Origin: Octopus sinensis
Lineage: Eukaryota
Assembly: GCF_006345805.1 (NCBI RefSeq)
Contig: NC_043000.1
Coordinates: 73,470,001 to 73,534,000, forward strand
Length of the DNA stretch: 64,000 nucleotides
Direction: 5' to 3'
Below the pieces are notes generated by a model. The model was not told the origin of the DNA. It was given only the letters and a program-made list of their open reading frames with translations, and did not search any database. The position numbers and the translations under genes are program-made. This document shows, piece by piece, positions 13,600-27,054 of the stretch; the stretch's first letter is position 1; each line of letters opens with the position of its first letter.

Positions 13600-15350
13600 C
13601 GAGAGAGCTGAACAGCAAAAGGTCTTCAGAAAAAAAATCCCACTTAGACAAATGTCATTGTCTACCCCAGCAAAGTGGGAACTTAGGATTATCTGATTTC
13701 CTCACTTCACTAGGTTCAAATTCAAAAGCAGGAGATCATAGACAAATCTGAAGATAAAACTTATTCTAAGAGGTGCTATACACTACAAGTCATTCCAGGT
13801 GAGATACTTCTGGAGTGTACCTTCCTACATTGTCCACTGGTTCTGTTGGCTCTGTATTGTCTTTTGAAGGCGGTGAGCTGGCAGAAATGTTAGCACGCTG
13901 GGCGAAATGCTTAGCGGTATTTCGTCTGTTACGTTATGAGTTCAAATTCCACCGAGATCGACTTTGCCTTTCATCCTTTCGGGGTTGATAAATTAAGTAC
14001 CAGTTATGCACTGGGGTTGATGTAATCAACTTAATCCGTTTGTCTGTCCTTGTTTGTCCCCTCTGTGTGTAGCCCCTTGTGGGTAGTAAAGAAATATGTA
14101 TTGTCTTCTGAATTCTTATGGCATACACTTCCTTTTTCACCTGTAAAATCAGACCTCTCCTCATCTTTCCCCTAACCTCTGACCACTATTCTGTTTTTCT
14201 TATGCTCAGCCTGAGTGTGTCCCATTATTTCTCTGATCATAAGGCTTTTCTTTGCTGCATCCATTGCTTCTTAGACTTTCCATTTCCTGTCTGTCTTCCG
14301 TGTGAGCCAGATTGACCTCACAACCTTGTCTTTCAAATCTTCAAGCATGGTTAAGAGCTTTGCTTTTTCAACTTTGTATTCTTAGACAATGAACTTGGTG
14401 ACAGTAGAGTGCAACATCAGTAAGACCTAGTGGAACACCAAGCCACTTCCTGTGTACTTGTTGATTTTGACCTTCATGTCCTCCACTATCCTACTGCTGC
14501 AAACCTTTTTCCACCATTTGTTTGGTTTTGGTTCCCCTTTTCATATCTTTCAGGGTGTTGTCATACCATCTTCTGAGGCTTTTGACTGGTTCCTCTGCCA
14601 CTGTTGCGATATTTTGGCCGGCTACTATAAACACAAGCGTTTCCACTAATTTCCCTTTCTGCAAAGAGAGGCTCTGGGATTTCTTTGGCTTGAACCTCAT
14701 TCTGGAATATGCAACTACTTCGTCCATTTCAGCATCCTGTGTGTTTCATCCTCCTTTATGGGAAGGACTGTATTGGCATCCAAAGTTCTTTTGGAGCTGA
14801 CCATTCCATTGCTGCCTTCAGGATGACCTCCATTTCCAACACAAAGGGCATAGGGAAAATTGTACAGCCCATTTTTATGCCCACTTCCAAATTGATCTTG
14901 GCAGTTGTGTACTCTTTCGTGGTGAATAACATAGAGAAACCACAAAAATACTTCTTCAACATTTCTCGAATATTCTTTGGAACATGTTACATCTCAAGAG
15001 CTAATTAAATCATCTTGTGTGGGGCCAAAATGTAGGCATTCACCAAATTGAGCCATACCACATCAAGGTTGCTCTTTTCTGCTCTAGCTCTTTGGATTAC
15101 CTCCCAAAATCATTGAAGCATGTTCTACACAACCCAGTACTCTACGGGTGCCTCTGTTCTGAACTGACATATCTAAGTACTTATTCTCTGTAAGATATTT
15201 AGTTAACCTTGCTGCCATAGAAGAGAAGATTTTTCCTTCAACTTTCAGAAGTGATATTGGTTTGAATTGGCTGATGCCACTTGAATTTTGCTCTTTTGAA
15301 ATGTATACTCCTTCAGCTTTCATTCATTGGTTGCTAATCTTCAAGTTCTT
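13600..15350 (-). mobile_element. Decayed Hero-type (R2-group) non-LTR retrotransposon
   Basis: AEGVYISKEQNSSGISQFKPISLLKVEGKIFS...YLDMSVQ..GCVEHASMI (15084-15323), LEVGIKMGCTIFP (14756-14962) and MRFKPKKSQSLSLQKGK (14491-14727). These motifs are recalled as typical of Hero-clade RTs. Confidence 0.7.
13868..14097 (+). mobile_element. tRNA-derived SINE (octopus/mollusc type)
   Basis: Head GGCGGTGAGCTGGCAGAAATGTTAGCAC, B box GAGTTCAAATTCC and central GCCTTTCATCCTTTCGGGG..GATAAATTAAGTACCAG domain. Second copy at 28964. Confidence 0.85.
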
Positions 15351-16993
15351 CTATGCTGGCCTTATAAAATATGTAGAGCCTGCATGATTAATTCAAAACA
15401 ATGTGAATAAGTAAGCATTGCACTTGACAAAGTAATCTGAATGATAGAGGGTTAAATATGAAAATTGCAATTATCTTGGATCATTTGTATTATATTAGAG
15501 ACTTTTCAAAATCCCTATTAATCAAAATAATTCTTCTGTAGAATGTCTTCATAGAAAAGTTATTTTTAAACTAAACAATACAGAAAATGCTCTTCAGCTA
15601 GCTCAATCAACTAAATCCACAACTTATTATCATGAAAATGCAAAGAATCCAAAAATGAGAAATACCTTTTATTGCAACCTCCCTGAATATTATATGATGC
15701 AGTAATCATATACAATTTGGCAAAGAATGACAAGGCAGCCAAAAGAAATACTGGATACCATCTGTTGTAGGGAGAACTCTTGTATTGGAGATTATTGCTT
15801 CTTCATAAAGCCAGAATTACAAGATTTAATGTAACAAAGTGTAACCTGCAAAAGTTTTAAGCCAGCTTACTAAGTATTGAATTTCCTTGAGAATGACCAT
15901 GAATGGGACAGCTAACCAGCTCAGAAATTTATTTGCTATCTGTCTTTATTTCTTCTCTCTGCCTAAGTCTGTAAATTTATGTTTTACAACAGTCTTGAAA
16001 ATTTTCTACATCACAGAAGAGAAAAAATGGCCATTGAAAATGCATGTAAAGCTGGCATCAATGATATGCCATGCAATCCAACAAACCTGCGAATATTTGA
16101 AGATGAAAGAGAATTCAACTAATCAACTAAAATGACACATCATAATGATGAATACAAAACATGGACTAAGAATGTTAGTTATGGACAAGTGATCTTAGTA
16201 AATGTAAATTTTGTAGAATATACATGCCAAGTTTTCAGAATGTGGAATAAAATATATTAAAAGATTATTTATTAAGCCTTCACTGAGAAAGACATCCAAA
16301 ATTTCAATAATTTATTCAATTAAAATGCACCTAATATAATGTGTATTTTTCTGAAACTGAAAATAGAGCTAAAGTTAATAAGTTCCTAATTCATTCAAAA
16401 ACTCTTTGTATTTAACTTAAATACATTTTTTATATTAAAGCTGGTATTTTAAATAGACAAACAATTTAAATTTAAAATTTTGTATTTTGCCAGAGCATCC
16501 AGTACCAAATTGGTTTTTTCTATTCATAATATTTTACCCTATTGTTATTTCTGATGTTGAGCCTGTTGGAAATAAAACCCACTCTTTATCAAATAAATAT
16601 GCAGTCAGCATCCTTTATAAGTTTGTTTTAGCTTGACAATACACTTTAAACTTTTTAATTATATACTTTCAGTTTAATTGTAATTGAGGCTGGTGTCATT
16701 CCAAACCATGCCACAATTATTGAGGAAAGTTCATTAATCAGCCTTGAAATACTTACTTCAGCTGGTTATACAACATCTCAAATCACTATCTCATTATGAA
16801 AATGTACTTTTTATGGTGAATTTATATAAAAAAAAACCCAAATACCTTTTAAATTATTGCTTCAAAAGTGTACAGTGTTTTCTCGTAAATGTTAAGATTT
16901 CATTGTGCTTATCTGTAATATTTAAAAAATAAAGCAAAACCTATTGATTTCCAAAGCCCAAAAAAATTTAATAGAATTATCTTAATTTTGCAG

Positions 16994-17146
16994 CTCTTGT
17001 GAATTATTTGAAAGTGACACATCTGAATGTTCAACTAAAGAATCCTCTCAACAACAATCTTCGATTAGCCAAAGTTGATTTACCACATGTGAACAGCACA
17101 AATCCAGAGAATCCATTCTCCATATCTGTACCTGTTCAAGCGGCAG
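16994..17146 (+). CDS. DMTF1: DMTF1-like exon (after the Myb domain)
   Basis: TTTTGCAG acceptor and CAG|GTAAAT donor; phase 1 to phase 1, compatible with its neighbours. Encodes ALVNYLKVTHLNVQLKNPLNNNLRLAKVDLPHVNSTNPENPFSISVPVQAA. Confidence 0.8.
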
Positions 17147-17637
17147 GTAAATGCAATTCAATCTATATAATTATCTGCTTGTTTATTTGCCTGTTATACT
17201 TTAGTTAGTTTGGTGGAGGTGGAGAGAGAGGGAGGTGAGGAGTGTGAGTAGAGAAGAAAGAAGGAAGAAGTAGAGAAAGAGACATAATAAGGCCAAATGG
17301 GTCACATGATTAGTTGAGGTTAGATGCGAAGAGCAAGAGAAAAAGTCAATGAGAGAAAAGTGTTAATAACATGCTGTAGGATGGGAGGAAAAGGTAATGA
17401 GAAAGAGATATGTTTAGGATACAATATTTAGCCAAGGGTAATGCTCTGGTGGTGAGGTTAAAGAAAGGCAGATAAAGAGATGGGCAGGGGAGGCAGTTAC
17501 ATTAAGAGAGAGATAGAGAGAGAGAGAGTTAGTGAGAGATGAAGAGAAAGAGAGATGTTAAAGACATGAAGTCGGAAATTACATGGTTAGAAGAGGTAGA
17601 GAGAAATAGAGAAATATAAAGTGCTTAGAAGAGGGAA

Positions 17638-17861
17638 CCCTTTTATTACCAACCTGGTTGAAACTGGCTCTGGCTGTGTGTACAAATGTTTTGTTTTCAT
17701 AAGTTTTGAATTAAAATCTTCCACCAAACCTTAGTCACAATTTATGTTCCTAAGACTAGCTGAATGATAACTAAGTTATTTTACTAAATTCTTTGTTATA
17801 TTTAAAGTAATTGAAAGAAACACTGAGCATCTCAAAATAAATACAGTAACCAAAGGGTTAA
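17638..17861. mobile_element. piggyBac-type MITE
   Basis: CCCTTTTATTACCAACCTGG ... GTAACCAAAGGG-TTAA. The left end matches the piggyBac end at 1940-1959. Confidence 0.7.
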
Positions 17862-18316
17862 ATAGCTTCTCTTAATATTTTTCATTCTGTGGAATTTCCA
17901 CAGGTCTCACTAGTTAAAAGTATTTTATTTATTTTCTCTTTAATAAAACATAATGAAAAGCATAAAGTTTATAATATACAAGAGTAATTTAATAATAAAG
18001 CCAATGAAATTTTAATGTAACTAGAATATAAGAATGTCATAGGTGTTGGACTTCAGCAGAGATTTGTATTGTCCTTTCTCCTTTTCATAATTTTTATGAA
18101 CTGGGTTGAAGGTGCAGCCGTTGTGGAAGTGGTATCACAATCACTGGATGTAGGACTGGTCAGCTGATATTTAGACATATTCTGCATGTTAGTGGAACAT
18201 CATTGAGACAAGTAAAAATATTTAATCCTATCATTACTATATTTTTAACCAAAATACATACCTTAGTGTGTCAATTAAATTCTGAAATAATTGTGAATTT
18301 AAACTCTAACATTTTT

Positions 18317-20232
18317 CATCATCATCATCATCATCATCATCGTTTAACGTCCATGCTAGCATGGGTTGGATGTTTTGACTGAGGACTGGTGAACCAGATG
18401 GCTGCACCAGGCTCCAATCTTGATCTGGCAGAGTTTCTACAGCTGGATGCCCTTCCTAACGCCAACCACTCTGAGAGTGTAGTGGGTGCTTTTACGTGCC
18501 ACCAGCACAAGGGCCAGTCATGCGGTACTGGGAACGAATACGCCCAAATGGTGTTTTTTTTTATGTGCCACCTGCACAGTGGCACAAATTCCAGTAAAGC
18601 GACACTGGTAACAATCACGCTTGAATGGTTCTTTTTACGTGCCACCGGCACGGACGCCAGTTAGCCAACGATCATGCTCAGATGGTGCTCTTAGTGCTCC
18701 ACTAGCATGGATGCCACACATCGAATTTGATTTCCATTTCACTTGCCTCAACAGGTCTTCACAAGCAGTGTCCAATGAAGGGAAGGTACGCATAAGTAGG
18801 CTGGTTACACCCCTGGCATAGACCACAAGGTTATGGTCTCATTTGGCTTGCCGGGTCTTCTCAAGCACAGCATATATCCAAAAGTCTCGGTCGCTAGTCA
18901 TTGCCTCAGTGAGGCCTAATGTTTGAAGGTCGTGCTTCACTACTTCATCCCAGGTCTTCCTGGGTCTACCTCTTCCCCAGGTTCCCTCAACCACTAGGGT
19001 GTGGGACTTTTTCACATGGCTATCCATATTCATTCTCGCCACATGACCATACCAGCGCAGTCATCTCTTTTGCACACCACATCTGATGCTTCTTAGGTCC
19101 AACTTTTCTCTCAAGGTACTTACACACTGTCGAGTATGCACAATGACATTACACATCCATCAGATCATACTGGCTTCATTCCTTGCGAGCTTCTGCATGT
19201 CCTCATAGTCACGGCCCATGTTTCACTGCTGTGTAGCATGGCTACACATGCGTCATACAGTCTACCTTTTACTCTGAGCAAGAGGCCCTTTGTCACCAGC
19301 AGAGGTAAGAGCCCTCTGAACTTTGCCCCGGCTACTCTTACTCTAGCTGCTACACTTTCAATACACCCTTCCCAGCTACTGACTTTGTCACCTAGGTAAT
19401 GGAAGCTATCAACTACTTCTAGTTTTTCTCTCTGGAATGTGATGGAAGTTGGTCTCTGCACATTTTCAGTGTTTATTGCTCCTGAGCATCTGCCACATAC
19501 AAAAACTATCTTCCCAGATAGCCTTCCTTTGATATTGCTGCACCTCTTATGTGTCCATAGCTTACACTGGGTACATCTTATAGAGTTTCTACCTATGCCT
19601 TTTCAACCGATTGAGCAGGGCCATCTACCTGAAGGTATTTGTGGTTTGCCTTCCTTCCTACTTATTAGAACTTTGGTTTTAGCTAGGTTGACTCTAAGGT
19701 CCTTTGATTCTAATCTTTGTTTCCACACCTGAAACTTCTCCTCTAGTTCTGATAGTGACTCAGCAATTAGAGCAAGATCATTAGCATCCTGTCTTGAATT
19801 CCTCTGTTATTGCCTGGAGGACTATGATAAATAGAAGGGGGCTGAGAACTGAACCTTGGTGGACCCCTACCTCCACCTGGAATTCTTCACTGTACTAGTT
19901 GCCAACCCACACCTTACTGACAGCGTTCCTGTACATTGCTTGCACAGCTCTCACTAACCATTCATCTATCCCTAGTTTCCTCATTGACCACCAGATAAGG
20001 GATCGGAAGACCCAGTCAAAGGCTTTCTCCATGTCAACAAAAGCCAGGTACAGAGGTTTATCTTTGGCTAGGTATTTCTCTTGCAGCTGTCTTACCAGAA
20101 ATATAGCATCAGTGGTGTTTTTTTACTGGCACGAACCCAAACTGCATCTCATCCAAACTGACTCTCTCCCTAATTAGTTGGGCTATGACCCTCTCCGTGA
20201 CCTTCATTACCTGATCTAACAACTTGATACCT
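18317..20232 (-). mobile_element. 5'-truncated RTE LINE with a complete 3' UTR and (GAT)n tail
   Basis: (CAT)n at 18317-18341 followed by the 3' UTR with GTGCCGGTGGCAC-type repeats. RT/C-terminal fragments KLEVVDSFHYLGD and GRGRPRKTWDEVVKHDL. Confidence 0.92.
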
Positions 20233-20632
20233 CATGAATGTGAATTTTTGTAGCACAATTTAACAAAAGGCTCTTAAATCTACTGCATAATTTTTGCCTC
20301 AAAGTGACTCTAATTACAGGTAATTGTCAACTAAATATAAAATTATTTTGATTTTGAAATAAACTCATACACATACATGAGTATGTGTATGAGGTTATTT
20401 TCTAGTTTCCTTCAAAGATGAATTTCAGTATTTCATTCTATTTTACTTTTATGCTACAGCAGCCTTATTAAAATTTAACTATCATTTAAATATTAGCTAA
20501 TAGCTCATTTTCTATGGTGATGTTGAAAAAAATCAAAATACACAGAAACATATATAATAATGATTTACAATACAAATAGATTAAGGTAAATTAGAATTGC
20601 AAGTAAATAAAAACAAGATAAATTTGATAAAT

Positions 20633-22530
20633 CATCATCATCATTTAATGTCCATTTTCCATGCTAGTATGGGTTGGATGGTTTGAAAGAAGCTGGCAAG
20701 CCAGAGAGCTGCACCAGGCTATTTTTTAGCATAGTTTCTATGGTCAAATGCCCTTCCTAATGCCAACCACTTTACAAAGTGTACTGGGTGCTTTTTACAT
20801 GGCACTGGCACAAGTGCTTTTTATATGGCATCAGCACCAGTGGGGTTGCCAAGTAACTTGCAAGACAAAGACCTCTTAGTTGAAAGAAGGAATGGAACCA
20901 AGAGGAGTGGTTGTGTGCCAGGCGAGAGTTTAGAGTATAATAAAGGGACAGAGATATTTGTCTCACTACAGTGGAGATACTTGGCTACTCCAGTAGGATA
21001 AAGAATGCGGGAGAATTAGAGAGAGAAATAGATGGCGTTGGAGGTGCCTACCTACTGAACAGTAGCAGGGGAGTATAAGTAGTACAAAGAGAATAGAGGG
21101 GGATGTTCCATAGGAGTGTGACGGGATAGGTTTAGAGATAGAAGACCTGACTAACAAGTGATGCTGAGGAAAATTGGTGAAACTGGGAGTGGGGTAAGGA
21201 AGACTGAGAGGGCATGGAGTGTGTGAATAGGCAAATGCGAGAGCGGAGCGGAGGGATGGGGCCTGCAGCTAGTGGAGGGGAGAGATGGGGCCTGCAGCAG
21301 GCTGGGAAGTTTTGACTGATGTCAGATAATGTGTGTGTAAGATGGGGCATGGCCATAAAGAAGATACATGCATGTGTGGGTAGCTATGATTTCACTTAAC
21401 TTGACATGTCTTCTCAAGCACAGCAAATCCCAGAAGTTTCACTCACTTTTTATCTCCTCTGTGAGGCTCAAAATCTGAAGATCATTTCTCACCTCTTTAT
21501 CCCTCTTCTTTCAGGGTCTACCCCTTCTACAGGTCCTCTCCACAAAAACTGACACTTCTTTGTGCAGCTGTCCTCATCCATATCTATCACATGACCATAC
21601 CAGCATAAGGTTCTCTTTTGCACACTACATCTGATGCCTCTTATACCCAATATTTCTCTTAAAACACTTATGCTTTGTCATACATACACACTGATATTGC
21701 ACATTTAAAAGAGTATGCTGGTTTCATTTCTTTCAAGCCTTCACATGTCTTCTGCAGTCACAGCCTGTGTTTCACTGCCATGTAGCATGGCTCTTCTTAC
21801 ACAGGCATCATACAATCAACCTTTCACTTTGAGTAAGAAGCCCTCTGTTACTAACTCATTCTTATTCTAGTAACTACTCTCTCAAAGCATCCCTTTCTTC
21901 TGTTAACTTGGTCACCTAGGTAACAGAGGCTATCTACTACTGCTAAGTATCTCCCTGGGCATTTAAGGAAGTCTATTTTCTGTACTTTCTTACTGTTTAT
22001 TGTGCCTACACATCTTCCACAGACATGGAATTTCTACATACACCTTTTCTACATATCAAGCTACATATCTACATATCAAGCTAGACCATCTCCCTGAAGG
22101 ATTTGGTCTTTGCTAAATTAACTATAAGGCACTTTCATTCTAGACCTGCTTCCACACCTGAGTTCTAAGATTATCAGTATAGAAGAGCAGAGGAGCTCCC
22201 AAGAGCAACCAGTTCCTCTGTTATGGGCTGGAAGACTATGATAAATAAGAGAGGACTGAGAACTAAGCCTTGGTGAACTCCTACCTGTACATGAAATTCA
22301 TTGCTAAACTCATTGCTGACTTACACCTTACTGACAATATCTCTGTTCATGGCTTGTACAGCTCTCACCAACCACTCATCTATCCATATATTTATAGACT
22401 TTGTATCTGTTTTGGCATGGTTTTTACACCTGGATGCCCTTCCTAATACCAACCACCCCACAAAGTAGACTGAGTGCTTTTTATGTGGCACCACACTGGC
22501 AGGGTCATCAAGTAAGTTGCAAAGCAAAGA
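20633..22530 (-). mobile_element. Older RTE LINE copy or copies, fragmented
   Basis: (CAT)n tail at 20633 and the same 3' UTR core. RT remnants include IDEWLVRAVQAMNRDIVSKV (22321-22390). A second tail fragment lies at ~22400-22530. Confidence 0.8.
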
Positions 22531-23179
22531 ATCTTTGAGAGGAGAGGGGGCATTGGTGGAGATGATCTTATGTCAGATGATGAAAGGTTAAAGTGTGACA
22601 GAGAGACAGAAACAGATGTCTTGCTGTAGAAAAAATATACGGTTACCCAGCCAGAGAAAAAGAGAAAGAGGGAGAGTGAGATAACAAAAAAGCTGACAGA
22701 AACAGGTGTGTTGCTGTAAAGGAGATACTTGGTTACCTAGCTAGAGGGAAGAGCAAAAGAAGGAGAGAGAGAGAGAGATCAAGAAAGAAGGCAGAAACAG
22801 GTGTAGAAGTGATACACGGTTACTCAGCCAGAGGGCAAGAGAGAGAGAAAGATTGGGAGACAGCAAGAGTGTAAAAGAGAGCTGGAGAGAGATGGTGGCG
22901 AAGTGCAAGGATATACTCACAAGGAGCATAAATGGGATGGTAGAGTCAGGAAGAGAGAGATAAATAGTGACAAGTACCAGGGCATGTCCTCAAGGTATGG
23001 AGGACATTAATATTCATGGCAGGGCATTGTCAAGGCATCAGGAATAGGGAGTGGGGGTTGGAAATACAGTGGCTAGTGGGAACATGGATATAAAGAAGGG
23101 ACGGGAAAAGTAGCAATCCAGTGAGCAGGGCACTGAGGATAGGAATGGAGAGTGGGAGTTAATCATGCAGTTTTTCCTG

Positions 23180-24190
23180 CATAATAACTCATGGCAGTAC
23201 CAGTATTCATTTGATAAATATTCCAAACTTTGTTTGATCCCCCATTGTGTGGGTTTTCCAAGCATGTACAGCTAGAAACATACTTGACTTTTGTAACCCA
23301 CCATACCCTCATCAACAGATAGGTGTCTCCTTGGTTTGTAGAATGTTTTATATGCATTTCAAATGCAGTCAATGAGAGGTCTTATTTTAAATAAGGGATC
23401 AAAGCTTAGTTCTCTGCAAACTTGGTACTGCGATAATTTCAAAAATTGGGTCCTTGTCATTTGATCTCCAAAAGGTTCATCACAGTTCCAGTAGTTTGTA
23501 TTTCTGGGTAGTTTTCTTATACTCATAAGTATATCGATCACAAACAATGCTCAGATTTTGTCCAAACATGTGGGAGACCATAAATTATCTCTTTGTTTAT
23601 ATTCTGCATAATGATTTGTTTTGACAGTAATTGTTTCAAACAAAGAGAAAAAATAATTAAAAAAATTGTCTAATGGTTTTATCTCCTGGAAAAAACTATG
23701 ACTAGGTCTAATCTCTTCAGAAAAATCATTAAGAAAAACTGTTTTCAAATTTTTACTCCATTTACATACATGTTCATTTTCTTTGTTACTTCCATTGGAA
23801 TTGCTGGTTTCACTTTCAGAAATCAAAATATCCAATTCATAATTACACACCACGTGGTTTTTGTGTTCATCATATATGTTGCTTGATTTCGCCATGTCTT
23901 CTGTTGAAAATTCTTGAGTTAATAATTTTTATTCACTGCTTGACAGCATAAAACTGGTATCCATTTTTTGTCAGTATTAAATATATTCAGAAAATCAATG
24001 TCAAAAAAAATGTGGGAAAAAATCTCCAAAAATTCTCAGAGGTCAGGTACCAATTATTTACATAGTAACTCAATTATTTATATAGTGAAATCACATGTTT
24101 TCATGAATCGACTCAAGGTATGGAGGGCATACCTTGAATGATTAGGCAAATAAAAAACCTTCCTTATGACCAAACTTGGGATATAACTGA
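23180..24190 (-). mobile_element. Second degenerate piggyBac remnant
   Basis: WSKNLKTVFLNDFSEE, MTRTQFLKLSQY..DPLFKIRPLID and KPTQWGIK. Collinear with 1380-1900. Confidence 0.75.
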
Positions 24191-24199
24191 CACTTGTGT

Positions 24200-25010
24200 T
24201 GGTTGTAGTGGCAAAACTTTCCATAATATCTGAAGAGGACCAGAATTTCATTTTTTTGTCAATAGGTAATGCCTTGGGATTAGTTTTCACTTGATTTACT
24301 GATTCTAAACCTAACTTGGCACTTGTTGCTGTCTTCTATTTATTGTGCTTCAAGTGTATTAATTTTTGACACTCTTCACTGGCTTGCTGTGTAGTCATTT
24401 CTGGCCATAGTTCTAACTGTGATAACAGTTTAGTATGAATATCTGCATCCAATGGTAATTGTAGACCAATAATGAAAATTAAACATTTAAACTGATTAAA
24501 CTGAATTCAAATTGAAACATTCATATTTGCGATTTACTGTACCTGCATAGCTAACAAAATTCTTCTCCTTGGATTTGACAATGTTTAAACAGTTGTATCT
24601 AATGTTAAACAAAGATGAGTTCCCACTAAAAAATCTTCTGAAGTGTTTCAACTGTTTCGTTGAAACCAATGTCTCAAAGATTCTTTGGTAGTATATAGTT
24701 GATCTGTTTCTGAGCTTGGTTAATAATAATCTGACTTTCACCTGAGTGTCATGATTCAAACAGTCAAGGCAAAATGTATCTTTGAAATGTACAAACTATA
24801 AATCAGCAATTGGGTCAAAAATAAATTCTGTAATGGAATTTGAAGGTGTCAGATTTGTCACTGTTTGAGTAGATAGATAACTCTTGAGTTAATAATTCAA
24901 TAAGGTTAAACTGTGCTACGTCAGATTGTTTCTGCTGACATTCAAGAAGCATTTCCATTTGCTCAAAAGAAATGGCCATTTTATCTCTTAACCTTGTTGC
25001 CGCTGTTCTA
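24200..25010 (-). mobile_element. Gypsy (Mag-like) gag remnant
   Basis: KVRLLLTKL...SSLFNIRYNCLNIVK...FVSYAGTVNR...DQFKCLIFIIGLQ. Confidence 0.6.
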
Positions 25011-25949
25011 ACTGTATTTTGGACCTTCGGTACTAAACTAATAAAATATAACTGTGGATTCCAACAAAGAAAAGAACTTGTAACTCGTTTTACTTGAATA
25101 AAAGTTATACTATATCAACTGGAAATTACAAAACTGTCCATTATACAAAAACCCAAGTAAGAACGCATATATGGAAGAGATCCTGACTCCAAGGACGCAA
25201 CAGGTTGACTGCCATGTTCACATGCTAAAAAACTTTTGATCATCTTATCCTTGTTACATACTCATGAACTATACTTACTGTATATTTTGGTTAAGAGATG
25301 TCACAATAGATCACATGTTTCATGGTTGGCAGCCTTCAAATGCATGATCATATATTTCATGTAGTTATTAACTAAGCTACATCATTATCAGTTTATATCC
25401 AATTTCACTGGATAAGTGAAAATTGGGATTACAAGCCAATTAAAAATAGCCGTTAATTTAGCTGACCAATGAGCAATTTGTGTTTCAAAATTACACACAC
25501 ACATGTGCATATACACTCACACATGCATGTATATATTCATGTACCAGTTTTTGGACATAGGTCTTACACTATCTATTTGGATTTGATTTATGCTTGTGCT
25601 GGCTGAGCATTTTTTTATAACCCCATAATAGAATACTGATTTCATAGTTCACTTATATACTATTTATAGAGACCTGCAGTTTTCAGCCTACATAGCATCC
25701 ATTATTACATTTCATACTTCTTAACATTAGAATAGAAGGTTTTTTTTGTCTACATTTGAGCTACTTGTGATGGATTCAGTCAACTACAAGCTTTCCAGTG
25801 GTAAGTAGAAAATACATTATAAAATACGTTTTCCTCTGATGGGTTCAATGCATCAGTTCTCTTGAACCCCTATGAAATTTTCAGCATGAGATTAAATACA
25901 TCTTGTTGAAAAAAATAATCACTAGCAATAGAAGCAGTTTTAGTATCAA

Positions 25950-26441
25950 TAGGCAATCTTTATATCTATCTTAACATGGATAGCTTGTTGGAACACTGAC
26001 TTCTGCAGTATCTACCTTGAGAGGTCTTCTTAAATAGATGCATGGTGCATAAAAGTATAGACATATATCATAGCATATGAGAATCATCTGGTATGGGTAC
26101 CAAATCACATGACTTCAGTGTACTTCACTTCTTCAGTGGCAAGCATTTGGTGACTGCATACCAGCCAAATCTTGCTACCTCAGTATATAGAATATCAGTG
26201 CAAATAGCCAGAAGACTTATTTAAAAAATTATTATTAGCAACAGAGGCAATATTAGTACCAAAAGGCAATTTTTATATCCAGCTTAACGTGAATGTGTTG
26301 TTAGAATGTTGAATACTGCACCATATTGACTCAATGGTGCTTTTATGCACCATGCATCTATATGAGAGGACCTCTCAAGGTGAATACAATAATATTCAGC
26401 ATTTTAACTAGATATTCATATTAAGTTGGATATAAAGATTG
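25950..26441. repeat. Composite inverted-repeat (foldback) element
   Basis: 25952-26056 is an imperfect reverse complement of 26340-26441 (e.g. CCTTGAGAGGTCTTCTTAAATAGATGCATGGTGCATAAAA vs TTTTATGCACCATGCATCTATATGAGAGGACCTCTCAAGG). 26264-26320 is a direct copy of 25950-26010. Confidence 0.7.
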
Positions 26442-26863
26442 TATTTTGTTCAGTTTATCCCCTTTGAGATCAATGATGCTGGGGCACCACCTTGAGCTTA
26501 ATTAGATTTTATTAGGACTTTGGAAACTTATTGCAGTATCCACCTAGTGATGGTTTAAAATAATATTTTTAGTATCAGTTTGCAAAGAAATTCATTAGAA
26601 CAATATATTGTATAAGTTAGTCTGACAAAAATGAGTTTACATTTTATTCTGAATGGGAAATTTGGGCTGCCAGAGTTTCTTTTTAATGGAAATAGAGTTG
26701 CTTTTTGAATGAGAAGTCATATCTTAGGCAACTTTCTGAAACTAAAATAAAGTGGCAAGTATTTTGCATAAGCATTAACATATTTTTCATTTCAATTCTG
26801 AAATCCATTTTGTAATTTTTTGTTTCCAATATAATTGTCATATCAATTTGTATGTTTCTCTAG

Positions 26864-27054
26864 CCACCCAAGTGGACAGCAGTGAGGTGACCAGTGATGG
26901 AGCAATGCAGACTTATGAAGTTCTACATCAACTGGCTCTCACCAGTTCTAGTGCCTTTCTCATTACACAGTCACAAAACAATTCTGCTATCTCTGTGACA
27001 GGAAACACTATGACAACTGATAACATTATTGTACATGCATTACCAGTTTCTCAG
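26864..27054 (+). CDS. DMTF1: DMTF1-like penultimate exon
   Basis: TTTCTCTAG acceptor in phase 1. Encodes ATQVDSSEVTSDGAMQTYEVLHQLALTSSSAFLITQSQNNSAISVTGNTMTTDNIIVHALPVSQ, an S/T/Q-rich stretch like the DMTF1 C-terminus. The donor is probably CAG|GCAGGT. Confidence 0.75.

Larger units (their letters stand above)
11690..16140 (+). mobile_element. Highly degenerate Helitron RepHel remnant, split by later insertions at ~13600-15350
   Basis: Eroded but ordered Helitron motifs: HEVAALI (~12510), IHQSYDP (~12600), GCPKYMVKHYQDMMAI..LIVIFICNGK*EEI (12900-13020, Rep motif 1), IFGK...TIEFQK (13125-13172) and VKAINYLY (~13560). After the insert: LYCNLPEYY, GELLYWRLLLLH, FLENDHEW and QLRNLFAI (15660-15950). 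NAE-containing repeats form the N-terminus at 11700-11950. Confidence 0.75.
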
